From Armatimonadota bacterium (lineage in GTDB: Bacteria; Armatimonadota; HRBIN16): a stretch of 64,000 nucleotides of DNA. Shown here in pieces: positions 1 to 9,418 of this stretch; positions within the stretch are counted from its first letter, which is position 1, and the number at the start of each line of letters is the position of its first letter. Below the pieces are notes generated by a model, which made no database searches, was not told the DNA's origin, and was given only the letters and a program-made list of their open reading frames with translations. Location: contig BPGU01000004.1 in NCBI GenBank assembly GCA_026003195.1, forward strand, positions 70,317-134,316. The letters are read 5' to 3'. The position numbers and the translations under genes were made by a program.

Positions 1-28
1 CGCGCCGTAAGGGGTGGTCTTCGCGTGG

Positions 29-1762
29 CTACGCCGCTTCCAGCACGTCAATAGGGGGTGTGTTCGAAGAGATAAACGCTTTGGCGGTCACCTCTTCCAG
101 CGTGGTGATGCCCTGTATCGCCTTCTTGATGCCGTCTTCTGACATTGGTATCATACCCTTGCGCAGGGCGGCGTCGAGAATCTGTTTGCTGGGGGCGTGC
201 TGGATAATCAAAGTGCGGATTTCATCATCCACCACCAGGATTTCATGCACGCTGACACGACCGAAGTAGCCGCGTCCTCCACACATGGAGCACCCTACCC
301 CGCGGTACAGCCTTTCTACGGGGCGACCGATCACTCGAGCCTCTGCGAGGGAGGGTTCGTATGCCTGTTTGCAGTGGGGGCAGATCACTCGCACCAGTCG
401 CTGCGCCACTACCCCCACCAGCGATGAGGAGATAAGAAACGGCTCCACTCCCATGTCCATCAGGCGAGGGATGGCGCTGGCTGCGTCGTTGGTGTGCAGA
501 GTGGAAAGCACGAGGTGCCCGGTCATCGCAGCACGGCAAGCGATTTCTGCCGTCTCCTGGTCGCGGATTTCGCCCACCAGCACCACATCGGGATCCTGAC
601 GCAGGATGGCGCGTAGCTGGGCGGCAAAGGTCAGCCCTGCTTTTTCGTTCACGTTGGACTGGTTGATACCTTCCAGCTCGTATTCTATTGGGTCCTCGCA
701 GGTGATAATATTCCGACTGACAGACCGAACCTCTCGCAGAGCCGCGTACAGGGTGGTGGTCTTGCCCGAACCGGTGGGACCGGTCACCAGGATAATGCCG
801 TTCGGTCGCTGTAGGAGCCAGCGGAAAGTTATCAGGTTGTGTGGCGAAAAGCCCAGCTCATCCAGCCTGCGCAGGCTTCTGTCGCGGTCCAGAATACGCA
901 TCACCACGCGCTCCCCGTGCTGGATGGGCAATGTGGAAACGCGCAGGTCTACCTGTCTGTCTTCCACGCGGATAGTGATGCGTCCATCCTGGGGGATGCG
1001 CCTCTCGGCAATGTCCATGTCCGCCATCACTTTGATGCGCGAGATGCACGCTGCCATCAGATTGCGGGGGATATTGCGCACGTGTTGCAGTTCACCATCG
1101 ATACGATAGCGCACTTCCATGTGCGTGCGACGCGGTTCCAGGTGGATGTCGCTGGCGCGCCCGTTGATGGCTTCCATCAGCAACATGTTCACGATGCGCA
1201 CCACCGGTGCATCTTCTACCGCCTTGCGGAGGTCTTCCAGGTTTTCATCGTCCTCCTCAGGCGTCGCGCTCACCTCGGAGATGGCGTCGTCCAGTGATTC
1301 GGTGCCGAGAGCTTTCTCGCTGTAATGAAAGTCAATCGCCTGAAACAGATTCTCGGGGCTCGTGTAAACAACCTTCACATACATACCGGTATGGCGCTGG
1401 AGCACGTCGATAGCATCCACGTCCAGAGGGTTCTCCATCGCCACGACCAGCTTGCCGTCCTCCACGCGCAGGGGCAACACTCTCAAACTTTTCGCCATCG
1501 CGGCAGACACCTTCGCGATGGCATCGGGCTGTACGCTGTCGGGAGTGACCTTCTCGTAGTCCACATCGTATTGCTCCGCCTGCGCTTCCGCCAGCTGGTC
1601 GGCGTCGATGTAGCCCAAGCGAATCAGAATCTGCCCCAGCATTCCGCCTTCGTGCTGCTGCAGCTGCAGGGCTTCCTCCAGCTGCGAGTAGTCTATATAG
1701 CCCAGATCTACCAGTATCTCTCCCAGCTTACGCCGACCATACATGGATTCTCGTCCTTGCAC
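29..1762 (-). CDS. pilB: Type IV pilus assembly / type II secretion ATPase (PilB/GspE family)
   Basis: 577 aa. N-terminal duplicated GspII_E_N-like helical domains. Walker A motif GPTGSGKTTT. C-terminal CxxC...CxxC tetracysteine zinc motif typical of GspE/PilB. Confidence 0.85.
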   Translation of the reverse strand: MQGRESMYGRRKLGEILVDLGYIDYSQLEEALQLQQHEGGMLGQILIRLGYIDADQLAEAQAEQYDVDYEKVTPDSVQPDAIAKVSAAMAKSLRVLPLRVEDGKLVVAMENPLDVDAIDVLQRHTGMYVKVVYTSPENLFQAIDFHYSEKALGTESLDDAISEVSATPEEDDENLEDLRKAVEDAPVVRIVNMLLMEAINGRASDIHLEPRRTHMEVRYRIDGELQHVRNIPRNLMAACISRIKVMADMDIAERRIPQDGRITIRVEDRQVDLRVSTLPIQHGERVVMRILDRDRSLRRLDELGFSPHNLITFRWLLQRPNGIILVTGPTGSGKTTTLYAALREVRSVSRNIITCEDPIEYELEGINQSNVNEKAGLTFAAQLRAILRQDPDVVLVGEIRDQETAEIACRAAMTGHLVLSTLHTNDAASAIPRLMDMGVEPFLISSSLVGVVAQRLVRVICPHCKQAYEPSLAEARVIGRPVERLYRGVGCSMCGGRGYFGRVSVHEILVVDDEIRTLIIQHAPSKQILDAALRKGMIPMSEDGIKKAIQGITTLEEVTAKAFISSNTPPIDVLEAA

Positions 1763-1943
1763 AAAGTCGTTTCCAGCGTTTTCAGCCCTCCAGCGAATAC
1801 AGGAAGATCAGCCAGGCACTCTGTCCCTTCGCCAAAGCTTCACACCACAGGCAAGCACAGAATGGTTGAGCGTTCTCGTGGCTAGAGCCCCCATAGGATA
1901 TTGTCGGCATCCGGGGGAAACAGGCTCAGTGCGGCAGAGCAGG

Positions 1944-2543
1944 TTACAATTCCCTGCGCCATTCGAGGGCAGAAATCAGCGTTGCCTGATCGGCGTAGTC
2001 CAGGTCGCCTCCTACAGGCATACCGTGCGCCAGCTGGGTGACACGGATGCCCAGCGGTTTGATCAGTCGGGAGAGGTACATCGCGGTAGCGTCCCCCTCG
2101 ATGGTGGGGTTCATCGCGATGATGACCTCCCGAACAGGTTCCGACTGAAGCCTCTGCAGCAGTTCACGGATGCGCAGCTGCTCCGTGCCCACGCCGTCCA
2201 TCGGGGAAATCACCCCTTGCAACACGTGGTACAGCCCGCGGTACTCCTGGGTGCGCTCGATAGCCATCAGGTCACGCACATCTGCCACCACACACAGTAC
2301 GGAAGTGTCACGCGAGGGATTGCGGCAGATAGGGCATAACTCTTCATCGGTGAAGTTGAAGCACCGCTTACAGGTGACGATGCGTTCCTTCACCTCGATA
2401 ATGGCTTCCGCCAGCGTACGCGCTTCCTCGTCGGGCATCCGCAGGATATGGAACGCCATTCGCTGGGCGGACTTGGGTCCCACGCCGGGCATCTTCTCCA
2501 GTTCGCGGATCAGTTTTGCCAGTGGCTTGGCGTATTCCACCAT
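1944..2543 (-). CDS. recR: Recombination protein RecR
   Basis: 199 aa. Helix-hairpin-helix N-terminus (PGVGPKSAQRMAFHIL), C4 zinc finger (CxxC...CxxC) and Toprim domain. Lies immediately downstream of ybaB and dnaX. Confidence 0.9.
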   Translation of the reverse strand: MVEYAKPLAKLIRELEKMPGVGPKSAQRMAFHILRMPDEEARTLAEAIIEVKERIVTCKRCFNFTDEELCPICRNPSRDTSVLCVVADVRDLMAIERTQEYRGLYHVLQGVISPMDGVGTEQLRIRELLQRLQSEPVREVIIAMNPTIEGDATAMYLSRLIKPLGIRVTQLAHGMPVGGDLDYADQATLISALEWRREL

Positions 2544-2882
2544 TTAGAACAGATTCCCCAGGTCGATGTTTGGCATCCCCGGAAGCGATGTCATTCGCCG
2601 TGTCGCTTCGGCAACCGCCTGCTCGCGTGCTTCATTCACAGCGGAAACAATCAGGTCCTGCAACATCTCCACATCGTTCGGGTCTACCACCACCGGATTG
2701 ATTTCAATGGAGATGAGCTCGCCGGTACCATCCACAACTGCCTTCACCACACCGCCACCCACCGACGATTCTACCCGAAGGTTTTTCAGCTCTTCCTGCG
2801 CCTTTTGCATCTGCTGCATCGTCTGCTCCAGCATCTTTTGCAGGTCGCGCGGGTTCGCTCCGAAAGGATTTCGCATTCTCAT
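2544..2882 (-). CDS. ybaB: Nucleoid-associated protein YbaB/EbfC
   Basis: 112 aa. Matches the YbaB family: MLEQTMQQMQKAQEELKNL...SSVGGGVVKAVVDGTGELISIEI. Conserved dnaX-ybaB-recR gene order. Confidence 0.85.
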   Translation of the reverse strand: MRMRNPFGANPRDLQKMLEQTMQQMQKAQEELKNLRVESSVGGGVVKAVVDGTGELISIEINPVVVDPNDVEMLQDLIVSAVNEAREQAVAEATRRMTSLPGMPNIDLGNLF

Positions 2883-4585
2883 CCTCCCTCCAGTTCAATA
2901 TAGCCGTTGAAAGTCTGCGCTACCTCTTGCGCGTATTGTTCAACATCTATCTCCTCATCATCCTGTCTTTGCTGTGTTGTCTGGCTCGCCGAACGAGAAC
3001 CGATGCTCGTTTGCTGCAGTTCACACCGGATGGTCATCGCCCTGCCACCCAGAAAGCGCGAGATGGTCTGCTCCACAAACTGGCGCCGCTTGTCGGACTG
3101 CATCTGGGCGTATGCGAACTCCGTGCGGAACTGCAGAACCACTGTATTCTTCCCTTCTAAGCGCACCGGCTTGGCGTCACGAAGCACCTCTGCACCGCCG
3201 CGACTGCGCTCCGCTACTCTGGCGATAATTTGTTCCCACCTGCCCTGAACCAGCTTCAGCAGTTCGAGTGCGTCGGCTTCTGGCTGCGAGGTCGTCACCG
3301 GCTCGGACGGGGCACTGGCAGCTGCAGGAGCCGACGCAGGAGCTGAAGCGGTGGGTGCGGATGCCTGTCTGGTTTCCTCAGGGCGAGAAGGGAAGGGCGG
3401 GGGAATATTCTCCTTCGCCCTGGCTTCGGTAACTGGCGGTGTCGTCGCGGCGGGTTTTACTGCCGTTTGCCCGCTGTTCAAGGGGGCAGCCGGTTCCGTT
3501 TCCTGTTTCATGCGGGCTATCTGTACCATCGCCATATCCAGAAGCACGCGCTGTTGGGGCACGTTACGCAATTGCGCCTGAGCACGCACGAGGATATCCA
3601 GCATCCCGCTCAGCGTGTCGGGGGTGAAATGCTGTGCCAGTGCTTTGAGCGCGCTCCGTTGTGCCACAGGAAGGCTTTCATCCAGTGCGCCTACCCGGGC
3701 GTACAGCAGATCGCGGACGCGCTGGGCAACTGCCTCCAGCACAGTGCGCACGCTACTCCCACGTCGCAGCATCTCGTCCGCCGCCATTAACGCCTTTGCC
3801 ACATCGCCGCGTGCAGCGGCGTTTATCACTGCACCGACCGCCTCTTCATCCACAATGCCCAGCACCGAGCGCACGGTCTCGTCATCTACATGTCCGCCTG
3901 CATATGCCAGAACCTGCTCCAGCAAGCTCAGGGCGTCCCGGAAGGAACCATCTGCCGCTCGCGCGATGGCTTGCACTGCTTCTGGCTCGGCGGTCAGACC
4001 TTCGCGCTCCAGAACGGTGTGGATGCGGAGAACCAGGTCTTCCAGAGAGGCGCGGCGGAAATCAAAGCGGATACAGCGCGAACGGATCGTGATGGGCACA
4101 CGCTGTACCTCCGTGGTCGCCAGCACAAACACCACATGCGGAGGCGGTTCTTCCAGCGTTTTGAGCAGGGCATCAAAAGCTTTGGCGGAGAGGTCGTGCA
4201 CTTCGTCGATGATGTATACCTTGTACCGCGCCTGCTGGGGCATATACTGCGCGTTCTCGATGATGGTCTCGCGCACGTCGTCGATGCCCGTTTCCGAGGC
4301 GGCGTCCATCTCTATCACGTCCACCGCCCTGCCCTCGCGAATGGCGATGCACATCGCACACCGGTCACATGGGGTAGGAGTAGGGCCCTGCTCGCAGTTC
4401 AATGCCTTTGCCAGCAGGCGCGCTGTGGTAGTCTTGCCCGTGCCGCGCGGTCCGCAGAACAGATAGGCGTGAGCCACTTTGCCTAAGCGGATGGCGTTCT
4501 GCAGCGTCTGGGTCACGTGCTGCTGCCCGATGACGTCTTCGAACGTCTGCGAGCGGTATTTCCTGTAGAGTGCGATGTGTGCCAT
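2879..4585 (-). CDS. dnaX: DNA polymerase III subunit gamma/tau
   Basis: 568 aa. AAA+ clamp-loader N-terminus (YRSQTFEDVIGQ, GPRGTGKTTTARLLAKALNCE, zinc-module cysteines). Pro/Ala-rich linker and C-terminal tau region. Confidence 0.9.
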   Translation of the reverse strand: MAHIALYRKYRSQTFEDVIGQQHVTQTLQNAIRLGKVAHAYLFCGPRGTGKTTTARLLAKALNCEQGPTPTPCDRCAMCIAIREGRAVDVIEMDAASETGIDDVRETIIENAQYMPQQARYKVYIIDEVHDLSAKAFDALLKTLEEPPPHVVFVLATTEVQRVPITIRSRCIRFDFRRASLEDLVLRIHTVLEREGLTAEPEAVQAIARAADGSFRDALSLLEQVLAYAGGHVDDETVRSVLGIVDEEAVGAVINAAARGDVAKALMAADEMLRRGSSVRTVLEAVAQRVRDLLYARVGALDESLPVAQRSALKALAQHFTPDTLSGMLDILVRAQAQLRNVPQQRVLLDMAMVQIARMKQETEPAAPLNSGQTAVKPAATTPPVTEARAKENIPPPFPSRPEETRQASAPTASAPASAPAAASAPSEPVTTSQPEADALELLKLVQGRWEQIIARVAERSRGGAEVLRDAKPVRLEGKNTVVLQFRTEFAYAQMQSDKRRQFVEQTISRFLGGRAMTIRCELQQTSIGSRSASQTTQQRQDDEEIDVEQYAQEVAQTFNGYIELEGG

Positions 4586-4588
4586 GGT

Positions 4589-5608
4589 TCACAGGTTGGC
4601 GGAAAGCCATTCCTTGAGTATGCTCACCAGCGCGGGCGCAAGAGGTCGCTGTGGGTTTGTCAACACGTCCTGCGTATCGCCCGTCGCAGCATCCTTGAAA
4701 GCATGAGCTGTCCCTCCGATGACTTTCAACTCCACCTGGCTATTTCCTGCGCTGCGTGCATGTTGCAACAGCAGCTCCCCATCCTGTTTGGGCGATACCC
4801 TCTTGTCCATCTCGCCGTACACCAGCAACACAGGAACCTTCACCAGTTTCAAACGCGCCACCGGGTTTTCAAAGTAGAACTCCTGCAAGTAAGGGCGGTC
4901 GGGCAGCATGAAGTAAGGAGCCACGTCCTCGTGCAGAGGAGGCATCGGCAGGCGATAGTAAAGGGCGGCAATGGCGGTGTCAAAATCCCCCAGTCTGCGC
5001 TGGATTTTATCTGCCGACAAGCCCTCGTTTCGCCATCGTTGCTGGAGGTTTTCGCGCAGGATGACAGCGGGCGTGCGCCCCGGCGGAGCCAGACACACCA
5101 GCACTTTGGGCGGGTCAGGCAGTTCTCCCGCCAGCGCCATCCCTATCAGCGCGCCGTCTTCATAACCCAGCACTCCCACGCGCCTGGGGTCCACCTCCGG
5201 CTGCTGACGCAGGAATTGCAAAGCGGCGGCTGCATCGCGGGCGACCTGGCTCAGGGTGGTTTTGCCCTCTTCTTTCTGGGGTATTTTGCTTGCGCCGACA
5301 CCGCGTTTGTCATAGCGCAGGGTCACATATCCCATCTGCGCCAGCTGCTGTGCCAGCTGGCGATAGAGGTCGGTGTTCAGTCCATCGCCGTTACCGTTGC
5401 GGTCTACCGCGCCGCTGCCGGGGATCATCAGCAGGGCAGGCAACTGGGAGGTACGCTGGGGCACGCTCAGCGTCCCCACCAGCACCACCCCATCGCTCTG
5501 AAAACGCACTTCGCGTTCATCCGCCAGAAGAGCCGTTGCCAGTATCAACGTGATCCCGATACCGACCAGCGCGGAACGCATCCTGTTCATCCACTTCATC
5601 ACAGACAT
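4589..5608 (-). CDS. Secreted alpha/beta-hydrolase fold protein (dienelactone-hydrolase-like)
   Basis: The ORF runs to 5824, but a signal peptide (MKWMNRMRSALVGIGITLILATALLA) begins at an internal Met near 5599–5608, so the upstream extension is probably not translated. Alpha/beta hydrolase signature is present, but the usual GxSxG elbow reads GYEDG, which is noncanonical. Confidence 0.55.
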   Translation of the reverse strand: MSVMKWMNRMRSALVGIGITLILATALLADEREVRFQSDGVVLVGTLSVPQRTSQLPALLMIPGSGAVDRNGNGDGLNTDLYRQLAQQLAQMGYVTLRYDKRGVGASKIPQKEEGKTTLSQVARDAAAALQFLRQQPEVDPRRVGVLGYEDGALIGMALAGELPDPPKVLVCLAPPGRTPAVILRENLQQRWRNEGLSADKIQRRLGDFDTAIAALYYRLPMPPLHEDVAPYFMLPDRPYLQEFYFENPVARLKLVKVPVLLVYGEMDKRVSPKQDGELLLQHARSAGNSQVELKVIGGTAHAFKDAATGDTQDVLTNPQRPLAPALVSILKEWLSANL

Positions 5609-5618
5609 CCAAAAACAC

Positions 5619-5909
5619 AGTGATAGAGTAGCCGTGCACCTGCCGTTGATGCGCGCCTTCCGGGTGTCGACCTGCGCAGTTGACTCCGGCTGGGTAGGTC
5701 TGCGGCACACGGCGAGCGTGTGGACCGTTGCTTCCTTCCGGACCTGGCGGGGTTGGCACGTCAACCGTTGCGCAGCGCCCAACCATCGACGCCACTTACG
5801 CAGGCACTGCCCACAAGACGCCACCGCGGGCAGGAGTTCACCCCCGCTATAGCGGATTGCGGGTACAGGGCACCGCTAGCTCCCCGGCTAGCACGGCTAC
5901 TCTATCACT
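5619..5909. repeat. ~291-bp intergenic element bounded by perfect 19-bp terminal inverted repeats (MITE-like)
   Basis: AGTGATAGAGTAGCCGTGC at 5619–5637 and its exact reverse complement at 5891–5909. The element exactly fills the gap between two minus-strand genes. Confidence 0.4.
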
Positions 5910-5930
5910 ATTGTAACACATCGGGTGAGG

Positions 5931-7286
5931 CTATTCCAGACCCGTGTACTCTACCGCCTCCCCTTTGCCGCTCAGCAACTGCTCGCGCGTGAGCATCAGA
6001 TGCTTGCGCACGCGGCGCACGTCCACCGTATACGTCTTACCGTCCTTGTCCACGGTGGTGACCTTGTCCAGGCGCAGATAGCGTTTATCGGTAATGCCTT
6101 CGCCTCGCCAGCCGATGCGGTCCTGCGTCTGGGGCGGTGCATACAGCGGGTTGAACCGCACCGTGATCACGTAGCGCGGAGCCTTAAAGTTATACATCAT
6201 CGGGTCCTTGCTCATGTCAATCTTGCGCTTGAACTTGCCCTTGATGATGGCTATCTGCTCCTGCATAATGGTCACGTCTGGCACCTCGAAGGTAAACACC
6301 TTCTGCCTCCAGACCTCGCCTGCCTCTTTCTCATCGGTCGGCAGGATGGAGGACTTGTAGCCTTCGTCGCGCAGCACCACGTCCACGCGCCCGGGGCGAT
6401 AATCCATCTTCTGCATCTGTTCGTCAAAGTACTGCCCCAGGTCTACCGTGCCGGAGACCTCGATAATCTTGGGCTCTACCACGCGTACCTTGACGTCAAA
6501 CTTGACATCGAGGGGTGGCTGTGTGTCCGGTGGTTGTTTCAGGTAGCGTCGGTACTGGCGCAGATCCGTCAGGGTGTAGTTGTGCTTCGCAACGTCTATC
6601 TGCACGCGCGCCATGTACTCTTTCTTGTGCTGCTCGTAATAGCGTTCATGTCTTTGCAGGATATCCTGCCAGGCGAGCAGGCACTGGTCAATCAGCCCCG
6701 CTTTCTCCCAAGCGTGCGCCAGCATGTGCCTTCGCGCAGGCGGAATGCCCGGTGAGTACTCGTCCGGGCGGTCCGGGAAATCATACGCCTTCTGGAACCA
6801 CTGGACGGAGTTGTGTGCTTGCTTAATCTTGTCGTACCACATCCAGCCCATCTCGAAGTACAAGTCGTACACATCGGGATTGTTCTCCACGCCCTCTTCC
6901 AGCAGTTTCAGCGCGGCGGAGAGGTAGCGTCGGTCCGAACGCTGTTCAGTGTCGGTGAAGTTGTAGCCGATGTGCCACGCGCCGGTGCTGTACACGTCCA
7001 GATTGTGCGGGTCCAGCCAGGTGACCAGCCGGATGATGGGCAGGATGGCATCGTAGTTGCCCTCGTGGAAGAAGGCGTCGGCACGCACCCACAATGCGCC
7101 TGCCACCACTTCGCGAAAGCCCAGCATGGTGCCGAAGATGTACTCGGTGGGCAGACCGGTCATCTTGCCGAACAGCCCCTGTACCTTCGGCTCAAACTGC
7201 TTGCGATGGGGGTCAATCGCGGTCTGCAGGGCTGCGCTCAGCGCCCATAGCACGAGCATAGCCAGTATGAGCTGCGTTCGTCGCAT
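5931..7286 (-). CDS. Secreted hypothetical protein with TPR-like helical N-terminal half and beta-rich C-terminal half
   Basis: 451 aa with an N-terminal signal peptide (MRRTQLILAMLVLWALSAALQTA). Last gene of an ABC-ATPase / ABC-2 permease / this-gene operon, with small gaps or overlaps. No confident family assignment. Confidence 0.5.
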   Translation of the reverse strand: MRRTQLILAMLVLWALSAALQTAIDPHRKQFEPKVQGLFGKMTGLPTEYIFGTMLGFREVVAGALWVRADAFFHEGNYDAILPIIRLVTWLDPHNLDVYSTGAWHIGYNFTDTEQRSDRRYLSAALKLLEEGVENNPDVYDLYFEMGWMWYDKIKQAHNSVQWFQKAYDFPDRPDEYSPGIPPARRHMLAHAWEKAGLIDQCLLAWQDILQRHERYYEQHKKEYMARVQIDVAKHNYTLTDLRQYRRYLKQPPDTQPPLDVKFDVKVRVVEPKIIEVSGTVDLGQYFDEQMQKMDYRPGRVDVVLRDEGYKSSILPTDEKEAGEVWRQKVFTFEVPDVTIMQEQIAIIKGKFKRKIDMSKDPMMYNFKAPRYVITVRFNPLYAPPQTQDRIGWRGEGITDKRYLRLDKVTTVDKDGKTYTVDVRRVRKHLMLTREQLLSGKGEAVEYTGLE

Positions 7287-7288
7287 GG

Positions 7289-8068
7289 TTACACCTCGCG
7301 CCGGTCAAAGATGATGACCGCGATGATCAGCAGCACCGCGATATACAGAACGGCGTAGCCGATGTTCTGGACGTAGTACACCCCTTCATTGATGATGCGT
7401 GTCTCGGGGTGGATAATCTTGTTCTGGACGTTGAAGTTGCCGAACTGGGGCAACAGATAGTGCAACACCGCGCCGATACCCTTCTGGATGATGGTGCGGT
7501 TCTCGCCCTTCATCAGTGACTCGGTCACGCTGGAGAGCGTTCCGACGATGTACACCCCGAGCGACATGAAGAAGTTGACGAAGGGGGTGAGGAACACCGA
7601 GAAGAAAATCGCCAGCGACACCAGAATGCTCATCTGGAAGAAAATCATCATGAAGCCCTTCCAGAGTTCCAGTGCCTGTTTGGGGGTACCTCGCCATGCC
7701 ACAACCGCGAAGAAAACGATGCCCATGAACAGGATGTTGAACAGCATGGTGAGGATTCCGCCCAAAAACTTGCCCAGTACGAACTCGTACCGCTGCACCG
7801 GTTTGGAGAGCACGGTATAAATGGTGCGACGTTCTATCTCGGTGGGTATCAGCGAGATGCCCATCACGATGCAGATGAACATGGAAGCGAGCTGGATCAC
7901 GCCCAGCCCGAGGCTTTTGAGCAGGGTCAGCTCCTCACGCGGAGAGAGGAAGCTGAACAGGGGCGACAAGACAATCAACACCAGTGCCCCGAACAGAAAC
8001 AGCAACACCACACGTCGGCTCAGAGCCTCGCGCACGGTGTTGTAAGCGATCGCCATAACCGCCGTCAT
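7289..8068 (-). CDS. ABC-2 family transporter permease
   Basis: 259 aa, about six predicted TM helices. Start codon overlaps the stop of the upstream ATPase (ATGA). Confidence 0.75.
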   Translation of the reverse strand: MTAVMAIAYNTVREALSRRVVLLFLFGALVLIVLSPLFSFLSPREELTLLKSLGLGVIQLASMFICIVMGISLIPTEIERRTIYTVLSKPVQRYEFVLGKFLGGILTMLFNILFMGIVFFAVVAWRGTPKQALELWKGFMMIFFQMSILVSLAIFFSVFLTPFVNFFMSLGVYIVGTLSSVTESLMKGENRTIIQKGIGAVLHYLLPQFGNFNVQNKIIHPETRIINEGVYYVQNIGYAVLYIAVLLIIAVIIFDRREV

Positions 8069-9009
8069 CTCTTTTCAACCTCCTCAATGGTGGAAACGAA
8101 GAGTTCTTCGAGGGTGCGTCGCTGTGGGGTCAGCGAGCGGATAACTCCATTCGCGCTGCGGATGATGTCTACCACCCTGTTCACCGAGGCGTCGTCCGGT
8201 TGCTGCACCACAATGCGTCCGTCTTGTCGCTGCACCACGCCCCCTGCGTCGCGAATCCTGGCGATGACGCCGTCATCCGAAATGTTCTCGGCAACGATTT
8301 CCACGCGCCCGCTGGGCAACAGCTCGTCCAGTTTGCCCGCCTTCAGCAGCTTGCCGCGGTTGAGGATAGACACGCGGTCGCAGATGAGTTCCACTTCCAG
8401 GAGCTGGTGCGAGCTCAGAAAAACGGTCTTGCCCTGCTGCTTCAGGCGGATGATCAGGTCGCGGATTTCGATGCGCGCCATCGGGTCCAGACCGGATGTC
8501 GGCTCGTCCAAGAACAACAGTTCGGGGTCATTGAGAAGCGCCTGGGCGATGCCAATACGCTGCAGCATTCCTTTGGAATAGTTGCGCAGGGTCTTGTCAC
8601 CGTCGCGCGACAGCCCCACCATATCGAGCAACGCATCCACTTTCTTCTTGCGCTCGCTGGCGGGAATGCCAAACAGTCGGGCGTAGAAATCCAGCACCTG
8701 ACGCCCGGTGAGATACTCGTAAAAGTATGGGCTTTCGGGCAGGTAGGCAATCTGCCTCTTGACGCTCACGTCACCGATAGGCTTGCCGAATATCCAGGCG
8801 TCGCCCTTCGTCGGGAAGATGAGCCCGAGCAGCATCTTGATGGTTGTGGTTTTGCCCGCGCCGTTCGGTCCTAAGAAGCCGAAGATTTCTCCCCTGTATA
8901 CTTCTAGATGCAGATCGTCCACCGCGCGGACCATTTTGCCGGTTGTTTTGTTCAGATACTCTTTGGTGAGACCTTCGATCTTGATGGCTGACTCCATCGT
9001 ACGTGCCAT
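8065..9009 (-). CDS. ABC transporter ATP-binding protein (ABC-2 exporter type with DUF4162-like C-terminal extension)
   Basis: Walker A GPNGAGKTTT, ABC signature YSKGMLQRIGIAQAL, Walker B LLFLDEPTSGLD. Start trimmed to MARTMESAIKIEGL, which has a strong SD (AAAAGGAGG) 6–8 nt upstream; the annotated ORF extends to 9096. Confidence 0.85.
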   Translation of the reverse strand: MARTMESAIKIEGLTKEYLNKTTGKMVRAVDDLHLEVYRGEIFGFLGPNGAGKTTTIKMLLGLIFPTKGDAWIFGKPIGDVSVKRQIAYLPESPYFYEYLTGRQVLDFYARLFGIPASERKKKVDALLDMVGLSRDGDKTLRNYSKGMLQRIGIAQALLNDPELLFLDEPTSGLDPMARIEIRDLIIRLKQQGKTVFLSSHQLLEVELICDRVSILNRGKLLKAGKLDELLPSGRVEIVAENISDDGVIARIRDAGGVVQRQDGRIVVQQPDDASVNRVVDIIRSANGVIRSLTPQRRTLEELFVSTIEEVEKR

Positions 9010-9418
9010 GCCTCCTTTTGGTTGGCGCCCTGAGATATGGGGTTTGTCGCAAAAACCACCGTCGGATAGTATACCGAAAGCCCTGCTCGGTGTCAAACAC
9101 CATCCGCTCTGCAGCAGGGCTCATACAGTATATACGGAAAGCGAGGCGAAAAGGTGCCTCTCATCCCCGAAGGATTCGCGGTTTCGAGCAAAAAACCCGT
9201 GCCTTTGCGAGAGGGAGATGTCCGATTGACGGCTCTGGAGCGGTACGCTAAACTATTTGCGTGGATAATGGACATCAGATTCCTTCTGGTGCGATGGGCG
9301 CGCTCCTTCCTGCCAGAATCTGTAGGGCAATTTTCTCAGCAGGCAGGGAGGAGAAGGTTCGGCAGGAGCCTCGCCCTCCGGGAGGATGATATCGATATCG
9401 GAAAGGAGCGGATATCAG

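Noticed and set aside
5608-5824. Upstream 72-codon extension of the alpha/beta hydrolase ORF
   Set aside because: The signal peptide begins at internal Met residues near 5599–5608. The extension is Arg/Cys-rich, overlaps the inverted-repeat element, and would place a signal peptide internally.
5720-5992. Small plus-strand ORFs (62–100 aa) inside the inverted-repeat element
   Set aside because: No RBS, Arg/Pro-rich composition, and overlap with the MITE-like element and the neighbouring gene end. Unlikely to be coding.
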